Source of the DNA: Eubacteriales bacterium
Lineage (GTDB): Bacteria; Bacillota; Clostridia; Oscillospirales; CAG-272
Length of the DNA: 64,000 bases
Reading direction: 5' to 3'
Assembly: GCA_045612185.1 (NCBI GenBank)
Contig: JAZKYO010000030.1
Location: forward strand, 85,236 to 149,235
Shown here piece after piece: positions 50,346 to 60,160 of this stretch (its first letter is position 1; each line of letters starts with the position of its first letter). The translations under genes and the position numbers were made by a program. The notes under the pieces are model-generated. The model was given only the letters and a program-made list of their open reading frames with translations, had not been told where the DNA came from and made no database searches.

Positions 50346-51557
50346 TTAGTTATTGTAGCTGGAAGAAGTGTCAGCGACGGAAGAAACTACGTTCTCCTTA
50401 CGTCTGGAGGTCTTTACGCGAGCCATAAGCTCATCGTAGAATGCCTGCTCATCCTCTGCGGAAAGAGGAAGAGATACTTCTCTGCCCTGCCATGCGGAAA
50501 GGTGCATAGCGTTAGAGATGGAAAGACCGTTGATACCCTCACGTCCGTCTGCAACAAGGGGCTCGCCGCGAAGAACTGCTGCAGCAAACTTGTTGAATAC
50601 GCCTATGTGCTGAAGGTTCTCACCGTCAGTCTCAACGTCGATGATCTGGCACTTGGGTGCGCCAAACGCAGACTTTGTGGTCTTTGTGAACTCAGACTCG
50701 AATACTTCGTTCTTCCACATCTTAAGTGTCTTAGCGTCCTCGCAAACGATCTTACCGCCGTCGCAGTCGATCTCGAAGCGGTTTGTACCGGGAGCGTCAC
50801 CTGTTGTGGTGATGAATGTACCCGTTGCACCGTTAGCGTACTCAGCGAATGCCGTTACGTCGTCCTCAACCTCGATATCGTGCCACTTACCGAACTTAAG
50901 CTTAGCGTCGATCTTTGCGGGCATACCGCAGATCCACTGCCAAAGGTCAAGGTTGTGGGGACACTGGTTAAGAAGAACGCCTCCGCCTTCTCCGCTCCAT
51001 GTTGCTCTCCATGCACCGGAATCATAGTAGTACTGGGGTCTGTACCAGTTTGTGATGATCCAGCTTGTTCTTCTGATTTCTCCAAGCTCTCCGCTTGCGA
51101 TGATTTCCTTCATCTTACGGAAAACGTGGTTTGTTCTCTGGTTGAACATCATACCGAAAACGAGGTCGGGATGCTTATCAGCCTCAGCCATCATCTCACG
51201 AACCTGAAGTGTGTATACACCTGCGGGCTTCTCGCTGATAACGTGGAGACCGTGCTTAAGAGCCTCGATAACGTACTTGGGATGGTCGTAGTGAGGAATT
51301 GCAACGATAACAGAGTCAACAACTCCCGACTCCATCATCTTGATAGCGTCGTCAAAGTAAGCAACCTCGGGAATATTTGCTTCGGGATTCTTTTCAACAG
51401 CTTCCTTATAGAAGCCCTTTGCAGCGTCAAGTCTTGCGGGATCGATATCCGCAACAGCGGCAACATCAATCTCGGGGCACTTGCCTGCGAGAATGTTCTT
51501 CATATGGGATGAACCCATATTACCAATACCGATAATACCAAGTTTTACCTTTTTCAT
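50346..51557 (-). CDS. Gfo/Idh/MocA family oxidoreductase
   Basis: IGIGNMG, SEKPAG, MFNQR, GGGVLLNQCPH. Confidence 0.92.
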   Translation of the reverse strand: MKKVKLGIIGIGNMGSSHMKNILAGKCPEIDVAAVADIDPARLDAAKGFYKEAVEKNPEANIPEVAYFDDAIKMMESGVVDSVIVAIPHYDHPKYVIEALKHGLHVISEKPAGVYTLQVREMMAEADKHPDLVFGMMFNQRTNHVFRKMKEIIASGELGEIRRTSWIITNWYRPQYYYDSGAWRATWSGEGGGVLLNQCPHNLDLWQWICGMPAKIDAKLKFGKWHDIEVEDDVTAFAEYANGATGTFITTTGDAPGTNRFEIDCDGGKIVCEDAKTLKMWKNEVFESEFTKTTKSAFGAPKCQIIDVETDGENLQHIGVFNKFAAAVLRGEPLVADGREGINGLSISNAMHLSAWQGREVSLPLSAEDEQAFYDELMARVKTSRRKENVVSSVADTSSSYNN

Positions 51558-51586
51558 TTTATGTAAGTTCCTTTCAAAATAATTTA

Positions 51587-52378
51587 TTACTTCAAGCCGT
51601 ATCTGCTTGTAAGGAAGTCATAGCTCTTCTTCATGCACTCAAAGGGATCTGCACCGTAGCAATCGTCAAGCTCAACAAAGCCGTACTCAACGTCTGCCTT
51701 AAGGCATGCCTCGATAATTGCATCGTAGTTCATGTTACCCTCACCAATTGTAGCGATGCGGTTCTGGCGCTGTGCCTTACCCTCAGCGTCGCGGTAAAGA
51801 TACATATTCATATCCTTGAAGTGAACAACGTTGTTTCTGCCCTTAAGCTTCATAATCCACTGTGCGGGATCAGCTCCGCCTGCCTGTACCCAATATGTAT
51901 CCATTGTGATACCAAGCTTGTCAGCGGGGTAAGCCGCGCAAAGGTCATCGATAAAGCGATTACCTGTCTTGGGGTTGATAGCAAACTCGTGGTTATGGTT
52001 GTGATACATAAACTTGAGACCCGCCGCGGAAATCTTTTCAACAACCTCGGGAATCTCAGCGATAAACTTATCAAAGCTATCGTCCATCATAGCGCCCTTT
52101 GCCATACCGAGACCGATATAGGGGCAATCCATCTTCTTATGGAACTCGATAGTAGCCTCTGTGTCGTTGAGGATCTTATCGTAGTTGAAGTGAGTGATAA
52201 CGATCTTAAGACCGTACTCACGGCATCTTTCGGCAACCCACTCTGCGTCGTACTCGCAAACGCCCGAAAGCTGAACTGCGGTATAACCCATATCTGCTAC
52301 CTTCTTGAGAGACTCATCAAGTCCCTCTACCGTCTTACAGAAGTTTCTGAGAGTATAAAACTGTGCGCCAAGAATCAT
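51587..52378 (-). CDS. Sugar phosphate isomerase/epimerase (xylose-isomerase-like TIM barrel)
   Basis: GAQFYTLR, YHNHNHEF, DTYWVQ, HFKD, VELD. Confidence 0.88.
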   Translation of the reverse strand: MILGAQFYTLRNFCKTVEGLDESLKKVADMGYTAVQLSGVCEYDAEWVAERCREYGLKIVITHFNYDKILNDTEATIEFHKKMDCPYIGLGMAKGAMMDDSFDKFIAEIPEVVEKISAAGLKFMYHNHNHEFAINPKTGNRFIDDLCAAYPADKLGITMDTYWVQAGGADPAQWIMKLKGRNNVVHFKDMNMYLYRDAEGKAQRQNRIATIGEGNMNYDAIIEACLKADVEYGFVELDDCYGADPFECMKKSYDFLTSRYGLK

Positions 52379-52382
52379 TTTC

Positions 52383-53225
52383 TTATATCTCCTTTATAAT
52401 TTCCTTAAGCGAATTTACAGCGCAATCAAAAGCGTCGCGCTTGGTTTCAAAATGGTAAAGTCCAACCTTGCTCTCGTCACCGGGTGCTTCAAGATCCTTA
52501 AGAGCGCTGAACACCTTAAGGTGAGGCTCAAGTGTAAGAACCTGACAGCCCTTTGCGGCAAACTTGGGAAGGTACTCGGCAATATGTCCGATACCCTTGC
52601 CGGGAGGCACTATGCTTCCGTCAGCAAGAGAATCCTTGATATGTCCGTAGAACACGTATGGCTCAAGCATAGCCCACGCCTCAAGTGTATCCTGACCTAC
52701 CTGAACGTAGTTTGCGGGGTCAAATACGCACTTAAGCTCGGGGATATTCTGATGTATCTCAAGACAACGTGCGGCAATATCGCCGTAGATGCCCTTTTCG
52801 TTTTCGTGGCAAAGGGTTATGTCGGTACCCTTTGTGGTTTCAACGTACTTTGCGAGACGCTCCATAACGAGGTCCTTATACTGAGCCTCTCCGTTTGTGC
52901 CGTAGAAGCTGAACATACGGATACTCTTTGCGCCGAACATATCCGCAATCTCAACAGTTCTCTTACAAAGGTCAAGGTCGATATTGAAATCAGCCGAAAT
53001 CTGAACCTTACCGATGGGAGATCCGATAGACCACACCTTGATACCTGCATCGTCAAGCTGTTTCTTGTACTCTTTAATCTCGTCGTTGGTGAACTTTGTT
53101 ACGTTCTTTTTGTCAATGGAACGGAGCTCAAGAAGTCCGATACCGTTTTCCTGCATTGCCTTTATCTGCTCGGCAAGGCTGTCTCCTGCCTCGTCGGCAA
53201 AAGCACAAAGCTTAATATCTGCCAT
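52383..53225 (-). CDS. Sugar phosphate isomerase/epimerase (xylose-isomerase-like TIM barrel)
   Basis: FADE, GSPIGK, HENEK, FDPAN, HIKD, LEPHL. Confidence 0.88.
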   Translation of the reverse strand: MADIKLCAFADEAGDSLAEQIKAMQENGIGLLELRSIDKKNVTKFTNDEIKEYKKQLDDAGIKVWSIGSPIGKVQISADFNIDLDLCKRTVEIADMFGAKSIRMFSFYGTNGEAQYKDLVMERLAKYVETTKGTDITLCHENEKGIYGDIAARCLEIHQNIPELKCVFDPANYVQVGQDTLEAWAMLEPYVFYGHIKDSLADGSIVPPGKGIGHIAEYLPKFAAKGCQVLTLEPHLKVFSALKDLEAPGDESKVGLYHFETKRDAFDCAVNSLKEIIKEI

Positions 53226-53253
53226 TGTCTTTTTCCTCCTGAGATAGTTTTAA

Positions 53254-54081
53254 TTAAACACCGGAGTAAGCGGAGAAACCGCCGTCAACGGGAAGAACAA
53301 CGCCTGTTACGAAGCCCGACTCCTTGGGATTTACGAAGAAACGAAGCGCACCGAGAAGCTCATCAGCCTCACCAAAGCGGTTCATGGGTGTGGAACGAAG
53401 AATCTTACCTGTTCTGGGTGTGGGAGTTCCGTCCTCATTAAAGAGAAGCGCCTTGTTCTGTGCGGTTACGAAGAAACCGGGAGCGATAGCGTTTACACGG
53501 ATTCCGGTCTCTGCGAAGTGAACTGCAAGCCACTGTGTAAAGTTGGAAACGCCTGCCTTAGCCGCGCTGTACGCGGGAATCTTTGTAAGGGGTGTGAAAG
53601 CGTTCATAGAGGAAATGTTAAGAATAGAGCATCCCTCTTCGCCAATCATATCCTTAGCGAAAACCTGCGTGGGAAGAAGTGTTCCCATGATATTGAGATT
53701 GAATACGAACTCAAAGCCGGATTTATCAAGATTGAAGAAAGTCTTGATGTCCTCGCGGGTGTCATCGCCCTCCTCAAACATTTCGTGATCTGTTGTTGCG
53801 CGGGGGTTGTTTCCGCCTGCGCCGTTGATAAGAACAGTACACTTACCAAGGTCAGCGAGAACCGCCTCGTGAACTTCTTCAACAACTGCCTTATCAAGCA
53901 CGTTTGTCTTATAAGCCTTTGCAACACCGCCCTCCTTAACGATCTCGTCTGCAACTGCCTGAGCCGCCTCAAGATTAAGGTCGAGAAGTGCTACGGAATA
54001 GCCGTTCTTTGCCATCTCCTTTGCGAAAGAAGAGCAAAGCACGCCGCCTGCGCCTGTGATTACACATACCTTATTAGCCAT
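53254..54081 (-). CDS. SDR oxidoreductase, D-mannonate oxidoreductase (fructuronate reductase)-like
   Basis: TGAGGVL, NGAGGNNP, SSMNAFTPLTKIPAYSAAK, NFTQWLAVH; start moved to MANKV. Confidence 0.82.
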   Translation of the reverse strand: MANKVCVITGAGGVLCSSFAKEMAKNGYSVALLDLNLEAAQAVADEIVKEGGVAKAYKTNVLDKAVVEEVHEAVLADLGKCTVLINGAGGNNPRATTDHEMFEEGDDTREDIKTFFNLDKSGFEFVFNLNIMGTLLPTQVFAKDMIGEEGCSILNISSMNAFTPLTKIPAYSAAKAGVSNFTQWLAVHFAETGIRVNAIAPGFFVTAQNKALLFNEDGTPTPRTGKILRSTPMNRFGEADELLGALRFFVNPKESGFVTGVVLPVDGGFSAYSGV

Positions 54082-54313
54082 TTTTACCTCTTTTCTTCTA
54101 CGCCACGCATCGGGCATAGATATATATTATACTGATTTTATTATACAACAACAAAATAGCAAAGAAATTGCAAATAATTGCCTTTTTTATTGCAAATAAC
54201 GTACAATTGCTTTTTATCGTTATTATTTTGCGAATTTTTTTGATAATTATTGAAGGTTTTGGTGATTTTTTTGCTTTTTTGTGATATAATTAATATAATC
54301 GTGATATAATCGC

Positions 54314-54697
54314 ATGAATTCAAATGAGGGGATTTTTATGGACGGAATAAAAGAGGTGGAAAAGTATTTCTGCGAATACATATTTCTCGGGCTTCCCGAA
54401 AAGCCCTTGCGGTATTTTTTGAAATTCAGGCTGAAAAAGGGATTTGTGCCGACATTATACGGTGAAAAGCTTCCTTTTTGGGTAAAATTTCTTGAACTTG
54501 TCGACTTCACAAAAGCGTACGGGCTTGAGAGAGACGGCATTGCGCTCGAGCTGCTGAAAAGGCACGCTGCTTTTTGCGGAGCAAAGAGAATAACGCTTAT
54601 CCCATCTCGGACATTTGAAGGATTTGTAACACGCAACACCGAAGAGCTTGAAAGGCTATTTCTGATAAAAAAATCTGAGGATGTATACACAATATGA
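54314..54697 (+). CDS. Hypothetical protein coupled to murE
   Basis: Stop overlaps murE start (ATGA); probable start 54338 (GAGGGG RBS). Confidence 0.6.
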   Translation: MNSNEGIFMDGIKEVEKYFCEYIFLGLPEKPLRYFLKFRLKKGFVPTLYGEKLPFWVKFLELVDFTKAYGLERDGIALELLKRHAAFCGAKRITLIPSRTFEGFVTRNTEELERLFLIKKSEDVYTI

Positions 54698-56178
54698 AAC
54701 TTAACGAAATTTTAAGGACGGTGGAATTCGCCGCAAGCCGTGAATTTAACGGAAACACTGATATAGAGGAGCTTTGCCACGATTCGAGGCGCACACGCGA
54801 AAACACGTTATTTGTCTGTATAAAAGGTGCGACGGTAGACGGTCACAGCTTTGCGTATTCGGCATACAGCCGCGGTTGCAGGCATTTTGTTGTTGAGCGC
54901 GATATTGAGCTTCCCGCCGATGCGGAAATTTTTAAGGTTTCCGACTCGCGCAAGGCACTTGCGCTTATGTCTGCGGTGTTTTTCGGAAATCCCGCGGACG
55001 AGCTTTATATTATAGGCATTACGGGCACCAAGGGCAAGACCACTACCGCGCTCACGGTATATGAAATTCTCAACCGCTGTGGGCTTAAGTGCGGTTACAT
55101 CGGTTCAAACGGAATTGATTTCGGTAATTTTCACTACGAGACCGCCAACACCACGCCGGAAAGCTACGATTTGCACCAATACATGCGTGAAATGAGACTG
55201 GCGGGGGTAAAGTATCTCGCCATTGAGGTTTCTTCTCAGGCTCTCTATATGGGCAGAGTTTACGGAATTAAATTTGACGCCTGCGTTTACACAAATCTTT
55301 CCCAAGACCACATAGGCGGAAACGAGCATCCTACCTTTGAACATTACATGTCTTGCAAGCGCACACTTTTCTCGGACTACGGAGCTGACGTAATTATTTA
55401 CAACGCCGATGACGGATACGCAAGCGAGATGATTTCAGCAGCCGACAAAAAGATTAAAAAGTTGGGATACGCACTTCACTCCAATTCTGACTACAAAGCT
55501 GAAAACATTGGGCAATTCAAGGAAACTGACAAGCTTGGAGTAGAATTTGAGTTTGTTTTCGAGGGCAAACGTTTTGACACAAAAATAGCGTTTCCGGGTA
55601 ACTTCAGCGTTTACAACGCTCTTGCCGCCATTGCGGTTTGCCGCGAGTGCGGACTTGCCCCCGAGATTGTGTCAAAAGTTATTTCCGAAGTTCAGATAAG
55701 GGGACGCTTTGAGACCGTACAAGCTCTTCCCTACGCCACCTTTATTATTGACTACGCTCACAACGAGGTCAGCTTGACGTCTGCGCTTGAAACGCTGAGA
55801 GCTTACAATCCCGAGCGCATAATCTGTCTTTTCGGTTCGGTAGGAGGGCGCACCAAGGGGCGCAGAGCAGAGCTTGGAAGTGTGGCGGCGCGGCTTGCAG
55901 ACTTCTCTATTCTCACCGCCGACAACCCCGATTACGAGAATCCCGAGGACGTTATAAACGACATTGCCACGCAGTTTGTCGGGCAAGACAACTATATAAA
56001 GATCCCCGACCGCCAAAAGGCGATTGAATACGCGGTTTCTATGGCGAGAGCGGGAGACATTTTCCTTTTCGCCGGCAAGGGACACGAAAACTATCAGCTT
56101 GTAAACGGCGAAAAGCTCCCCTTCTCCGAAAAAGAAATACTGCTTGAGGCTTGCAAAAGCGTTTCCGCAAAGGGATAA
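54694..56178 (+). CDS. murE: UDP-MurNAc-dipeptide:diamino acid ligase
   Basis: GITGTKGKTT, NTTPES, EVSSQ, DYAHN, DNPD, AGKGHE. Confidence 0.92.
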   Translation: MKLNEILRTVEFAASREFNGNTDIEELCHDSRRTRENTLFVCIKGATVDGHSFAYSAYSRGCRHFVVERDIELPADAEIFKVSDSRKALALMSAVFFGNPADELYIIGITGTKGKTTTALTVYEILNRCGLKCGYIGSNGIDFGNFHYETANTTPESYDLHQYMREMRLAGVKYLAIEVSSQALYMGRVYGIKFDACVYTNLSQDHIGGNEHPTFEHYMSCKRTLFSDYGADVIIYNADDGYASEMISAADKKIKKLGYALHSNSDYKAENIGQFKETDKLGVEFEFVFEGKRFDTKIAFPGNFSVYNALAAIAVCRECGLAPEIVSKVISEVQIRGRFETVQALPYATFIIDYAHNEVSLTSALETLRAYNPERIICLFGSVGGRTKGRRAELGSVAARLADFSILTADNPDYENPEDVINDIATQFVGQDNYIKIPDRQKAIEYAVSMARAGDIFLFAGKGHENYQLVNGEKLPFSEKEILLEACKSVSAKG

Positions 56179-56280
56179 TGATAGTTTTAAATATTAATGT
56201 GAAAAAACCGACTCAAATGCGGCGGATTCTAAAAAACAATTTTATCTAATGAGATAACAACAGAATAGGCGACTACTGAC

Positions 56281-56412
56281 AGAGGCTCCCTTGTGTAAAG
56301 GGAGCTGTCAGCGAAGCTGACTGAGGGATTGTTTTGGTGCAAATTTTAACTTTTACAATCCCTCCGTCACGGCTTATGCCGTGCCACCTCCCTTTACACA
56401 AGGGAGGCTTTT
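56281..56412. repeat. ~130 bp nested palindromic (REP/MITE-like) element
   Basis: Perfect 19 bp IR 56286-56304 / 56388-56406; inner IR GAGGGATTGT/ACAATCCCTC; two small hairpins GTCAGC/GCTGAC and CACGGC/GCCGTG. Confidence 0.8.
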
Positions 56413-56509
56413 TGTTTGCCCGCAAATGTGCACTTGCTCACCACTAATATGGTGCTGCGGTTATTCAACTATCAGTAGAAAATAAACACTCTATTCAAAA
56501 ATTAGGTTA

Positions 56510-56538
56510 TTGAACATTCTTCCTTGATGTAGTATAAT
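56510..56538 (+). promoter_or_regulatory. SigA-type promoter
   Basis: TTGAAC-17 bp-TATAAT. Confidence 0.6.
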
Positions 56539-56567
56539 ATAATTGTTTCCAAAAGGAGGATGTGCTT

Positions 56568-57383
56568 ATGAATATCGGTAAAATCATAACAGATAGGCGA
56601 AAGTCGCTTGGATTAACTCAACAGGCGTTGGCAGAAAAACTTAACATTTCTTTTCAAGCCGTTTCAAAATGGGAAAATGGTACTTCTTACCCAGATGTCA
56701 CCCTTCTTCCAAAACTTGCGTCAGTTTTGAACATGTCTATTGATTCCCTGCTTGGCTATCCGTCGCAATCGTTAACCGAATATGACAAAAGATACAATGC
56801 AGAGGGATATTATTGGGGATTAAAACCCAATAATCTTTGTTATGATATTATGCGCATTAAGCCTCCAATCAAACCTTATAAGGTACTTGACATTGGATGT
56901 GGAGAGGGTAAGGATGCTGTTTTCCTTGCAAGAAACGGATATAAGGTAACCGCTTTTGATGTTTCGGAGCAGGGACTATCTAAAGCACGTGAGCTTGCTG
57001 ATAACTGTAGCGTGAAAATAGATTTTTTCAAAGCAGATGTGCGCGATTTTAGGCTTGAAAAGGATTTTGATATAATTTTTTCAAGTGGTGTATTCCAATA
57101 TATTCCTCAAGAACAGCGCAGAAATTTCATTTATAGCCTCAAGGCGCATACCACAGTAAACGGTATAAACGTTATAAATGTTTTTGTAAGAAAACCCTTT
57201 ATTCCGTTGCCGCCCGATATTGAAGAAAGTGAAATCATCGCGGGAGATTGGAATTCAGGAGAGCTATTTATGTATTATCACGATTGGCTATTCCGAAAAA
57301 ATGAAGAAAAGATTTTTGATTGTAACAGTAGCGGTATTCCACATGAGCATTGTATGGATGTGCTGATTGCGGAGAAAATTTAA
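56568..57383 (+). CDS. XRE-family HTH fused to class I SAM methyltransferase (TehB-like)
   Basis: GLTQQALAEKLNISFQAVSKWENG; VLDIGCGEGKDAVFLARNG. Confidence 0.88.
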   Translation: MNIGKIITDRRKSLGLTQQALAEKLNISFQAVSKWENGTSYPDVTLLPKLASVLNMSIDSLLGYPSQSLTEYDKRYNAEGYYWGLKPNNLCYDIMRIKPPIKPYKVLDIGCGEGKDAVFLARNGYKVTAFDVSEQGLSKARELADNCSVKIDFFKADVRDFRLEKDFDIIFSSGVFQYIPQEQRRNFIYSLKAHTTVNGINVINVFVRKPFIPLPPDIEESEIIAGDWNSGELFMYYHDWLFRKNEEKIFDCNSSGIPHEHCMDVLIAEKI

Positions 57384-57390
57384 TACAATA

Positions 57391-57420
57391 AGCCTCGGCA
57401 GAAAAACTCCTGCCGAGGCT
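57391..57420. terminator. Hairpin between convergent genes
   Basis: AGCCTCGGCAG..CTGCCGAGGCT. Confidence 0.65.
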
Positions 57421-57475
57421 GAATTTACATTAAAACTGTCCTTTAGCACACATGGCTAAAGAGTCGGGGGTTATA

Positions 57476-58972
57476 TTACTTGTTTACGTATTCAACAAAT
57501 TTAAGGAAAGCGGTTTTGCCCTCGGGGGTACGTTTATAGACGCCTGCGTCCTCAAGGACTTTTACGAAGGTTTTGCCTATTTCCGCCTCGATAATTGATT
57601 TTACGTTTTCAGCGGTGAAGCTGTAATTGTCCTTAAACTCGGCAAACCACGCCGCGTGCTTTTCTATCTCGGGAATTTCGGAAATATTCTTTCCCGAAAG
57701 TATTGCGTCGCAAAGAAGCTCTATTTCGGCTTTAAGTCTTGAGGGAAGCACCGCAAGCCCCATTACCTCGATAAGTCCGATATTCTCTTTCTTGATATTA
57801 TGGAGCTTTTCGTGGGGGTGGAACACGCCGAGTGGATGCTCGTCGGTGGTGATATTGTTACGAAGCACCAAATCAAGCTCAAGCATACCGCCCGACGTTC
57901 TCGCAATGGGAGTTATTGTATTATGAGGCTCTCCGTCGGTTTCGGCAAAGACGAACGCTGACTCGTCGCTGTACCCTCTCCAAGCGAGAAGTATTTTATC
58001 CGCAAGCTCCACAAGCGCGTTTTTATCGTTTGAGCGGAGACGGATTACCGACATAGGCCACTTTACAAGTCCTGCCTCTACGCCCTCAAAGCCCTTGAAG
58101 CTCAGCTTTTCCTCAATGGGCGCAAGCTCCATGGCAAAGGTATAGTGTCCGCCCTGCATATGGTCATGGGAAAGGATAGATCCACCCACAATGGGAAGGT
58201 CGGCGTTTGAGCCAAGGAAATAGTGGGGGAAAAGCTCTACGAAATCAAGCAGCTTTACAAAGCTTGAACGGTCTATTTTCATAGGAGTATGCTCACCAGA
58301 AAGGGCTATACAATGCTCGTTGTAATAAACGTAGGGAGAGTATTGGAGATACCACTGCTTGCCCGCCATAGTCATTGGAATCTGGCGCAGAGTCTGTCTT
58401 GCGGGTTTGCCCGCGTTACCCGCGTAACCCTCATTTTCGTGGCAAAGAAGGCACTTGGGGTATCCACTCTGGGGCAACAGTTTTGCCGCCGCGATAGCTT
58501 TGGGGTCTTTTTCGGGCTTGGAGAGATTTACGGTTATATCAATTTCACCGTACTCGGAGGGCGTTTTCCATTTAAGGTCCTTTTTTACTCTGTATGTACG
58601 GATATAGTCGCTGTCGAGGGCAAGCTTATAAAAATAATCGGTTGCCTTTTCGGGAGACTCTTTATAAAGGGAGTCAAACTTCCCTATTACCTCAGAGGGG
58701 CGAGGGGTTATCTGTCCCATTATCGCGGTATCAAAGAGGTCGCGGTAAACCACGCTATCCTCACAAATTCCCTGCTCTACCGCATAATCACAGAGTCCTT
58801 TAAGTATCACTTCAAGCTCTGTTTCGTGGGTATGCTCATCGGGAGCGTAGTCCGAAATCCCAAGCTTTTCAAGTATTCTGTTAACAGAATAAACGACGTC
58901 GTTATTTTCAATAAGTCCGCGCGAAAGCGCATATTCCACAAGGTCGTTTACAAGATTACATACGTTTTTCAT
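57476..58972 (-). CDS. galT: Galactose-1-phosphate uridylyltransferase (Firmicute type II)
   Basis: NLSKPEKDPKAIA, YPKCLLC, QYSPYVYYNEH, GGSILSHDHMQGG; start moved to MKNVC (GAAAGGA RBS). Confidence 0.95.
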   Translation of the reverse strand: MKNVCNLVNDLVEYALSRGLIENNDVVYSVNRILEKLGISDYAPDEHTHETELEVILKGLCDYAVEQGICEDSVVYRDLFDTAIMGQITPRPSEVIGKFDSLYKESPEKATDYFYKLALDSDYIRTYRVKKDLKWKTPSEYGEIDITVNLSKPEKDPKAIAAAKLLPQSGYPKCLLCHENEGYAGNAGKPARQTLRQIPMTMAGKQWYLQYSPYVYYNEHCIALSGEHTPMKIDRSSFVKLLDFVELFPHYFLGSNADLPIVGGSILSHDHMQGGHYTFAMELAPIEEKLSFKGFEGVEAGLVKWPMSVIRLRSNDKNALVELADKILLAWRGYSDESAFVFAETDGEPHNTITPIARTSGGMLELDLVLRNNITTDEHPLGVFHPHEKLHNIKKENIGLIEVMGLAVLPSRLKAEIELLCDAILSGKNISEIPEIEKHAAWFAEFKDNYSFTAENVKSIIEAEIGKTFVKVLEDAGVYKRTPEGKTAFLKFVEYVNK

Positions 58973-59005
58973 ATTTAAATTCCTTTCGAAGTCTATCATA
59001 CTCTT

Positions 59006-59082
59006 AGTATACCACCATTTTGCCCAAATGTCAAAGAATATTGATAAAAAATATTGAACTTTTTTTCGTTTTATGCTATAAT
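59006..59082. promoter_or_regulatory. Back-to-back SigA promoters (galT and DUF3006-plsY operon)
   Basis: Minus: TTGACA-17-TATACT (59034..59006); plus: TTGAAC-17-TATAAT (59054..59082). Confidence 0.7.
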
Positions 59083-59122
59083 TATAAAAATGTCGGATTT
59101 TTCGGATTGCGGAGGTGTTTTT

Positions 59123-59353
59123 ATGAAGCTTTCTGTTGACAGAATTGAGAACGGGATTGCCGTTTGTTACGATGACAACTGCAAAAAATGTGAAATCCCC
59201 GCACACGGACTTTCCGAGGGAGTAATAATTGAGGCTGAATTTGACGAAAACGACAAATTTGTTCGTGCCTCTGTACTTGCCGAAGAGACCGAGGCGCGCC
59301 GCAAAAATTTAGCTGCGCGTACCAAAAATCTTTTTAACAGAAAGAAAAAATAA
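59123..59353 (+). CDS. DUF3006-like small protein
   Basis: SVDRIENGIAV..EG..EETEARR; GGAGG RBS. Confidence 0.75.
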   Translation: MKLSVDRIENGIAVCYDDNCKKCEIPAHGLSEGVIIEAEFDENDKFVRASVLAEETEARRKNLAARTKNLFNRKKK

Positions 59354-59374
59354 TTCTTAAAGAGAGGAAATTTT

Positions 59375-60151
59375 ATGAATTCTGCATTACTTTTAGCTGC
59401 TGAGGCTGCAAATACACCCGCAGCTGAGGAATCAAAAAAGGTAGCCTGGAGCGTTGTAACCTATCTTATCAATCAGTTCAGCCTTGACGGTGCGGGGTTG
59501 GCACTTGCCGTTATAGGCGGTGTTCTTGTTTGTATGGTTCTCCCATACATATTCGGAAGCCTTAATTTTGCTATTATTATTTCTAAGCTATTCTACCACG
59601 ACGACATAAGAAAGTACGGAAGCGGCAACGCGGGCATGACAAACATGCTCCGCACCTACGGAAAGCTCCCCGCCGCGGCTACGTTGCTGTTGGATATGGC
59701 AAAGGGCGCGCTTTCGGTAGTTCTCGGCTCGCTTATTTTCGCTGACATCGGTTCAGCTATCGCGGGGCTTTTCGTGGTTCTTGGTCACATGTTCCCCTGC
59801 TTCTACAAATTCAAGGGGGGCAAAGGAGTGGCTACCACCGCTATGGTAGTACTTGCTACCGACTGGCTGGTTTTCCTTATTCTTTTTGCTATATTCCTTA
59901 TTATCGTTATAGGCACAAAATACGTATCTCTCGGCTCGGTTATGTGTATGCTTATTTACCCCTTTGTGCTGGCGCAGATTCACAACACCGGATTTAACGT
60001 TCTCAGTGCCATTATCGTAGCGGCGCTTGTAATTTTTATGCACCGCTCCAACATTGTAAGACTTAGAAACGGCACCGAATCCAAAATATCCTTTAAGAAA
60101 AAGCCCAAAGCTCCCGTTACGGAAAGCACCGTGGACGAGGAGAACAATTAA
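59375..60151 (+). CDS. plsY: Glycerol-3-phosphate acyltransferase PlsY
   Basis: DIRKYGSGNAGMTN, GHMFP, FKGGKGVAT, HRSNI. Confidence 0.95.
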   Translation: MNSALLLAAEAANTPAAEESKKVAWSVVTYLINQFSLDGAGLALAVIGGVLVCMVLPYIFGSLNFAIIISKLFYHDDIRKYGSGNAGMTNMLRTYGKLPAAATLLLDMAKGALSVVLGSLIFADIGSAIAGLFVVLGHMFPCFYKFKGGKGVATTAMVVLATDWLVFLILFAIFLIIVIGTKYVSLGSVMCMLIYPFVLAQIHNTGFNVLSAIIVAALVIFMHRSNIVRLRNGTESKISFKKKPKAPVTESTVDEENN

Positions 60152-60160
60152 GAGGTAAAA

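Noticed and set aside
50114..50428. 104-aa ORF
   Set aside because: It runs through the tRNA gene and its terminator
58973..59206. N-terminal extension of GalT in the ORF track (similar extensions for dnaX, htrA, the MBL gene and the 40742 AraC)
   Set aside because: The extensions run through promoters, RNA genes or neighbouring genes; downstream ATGs have proper RBSs
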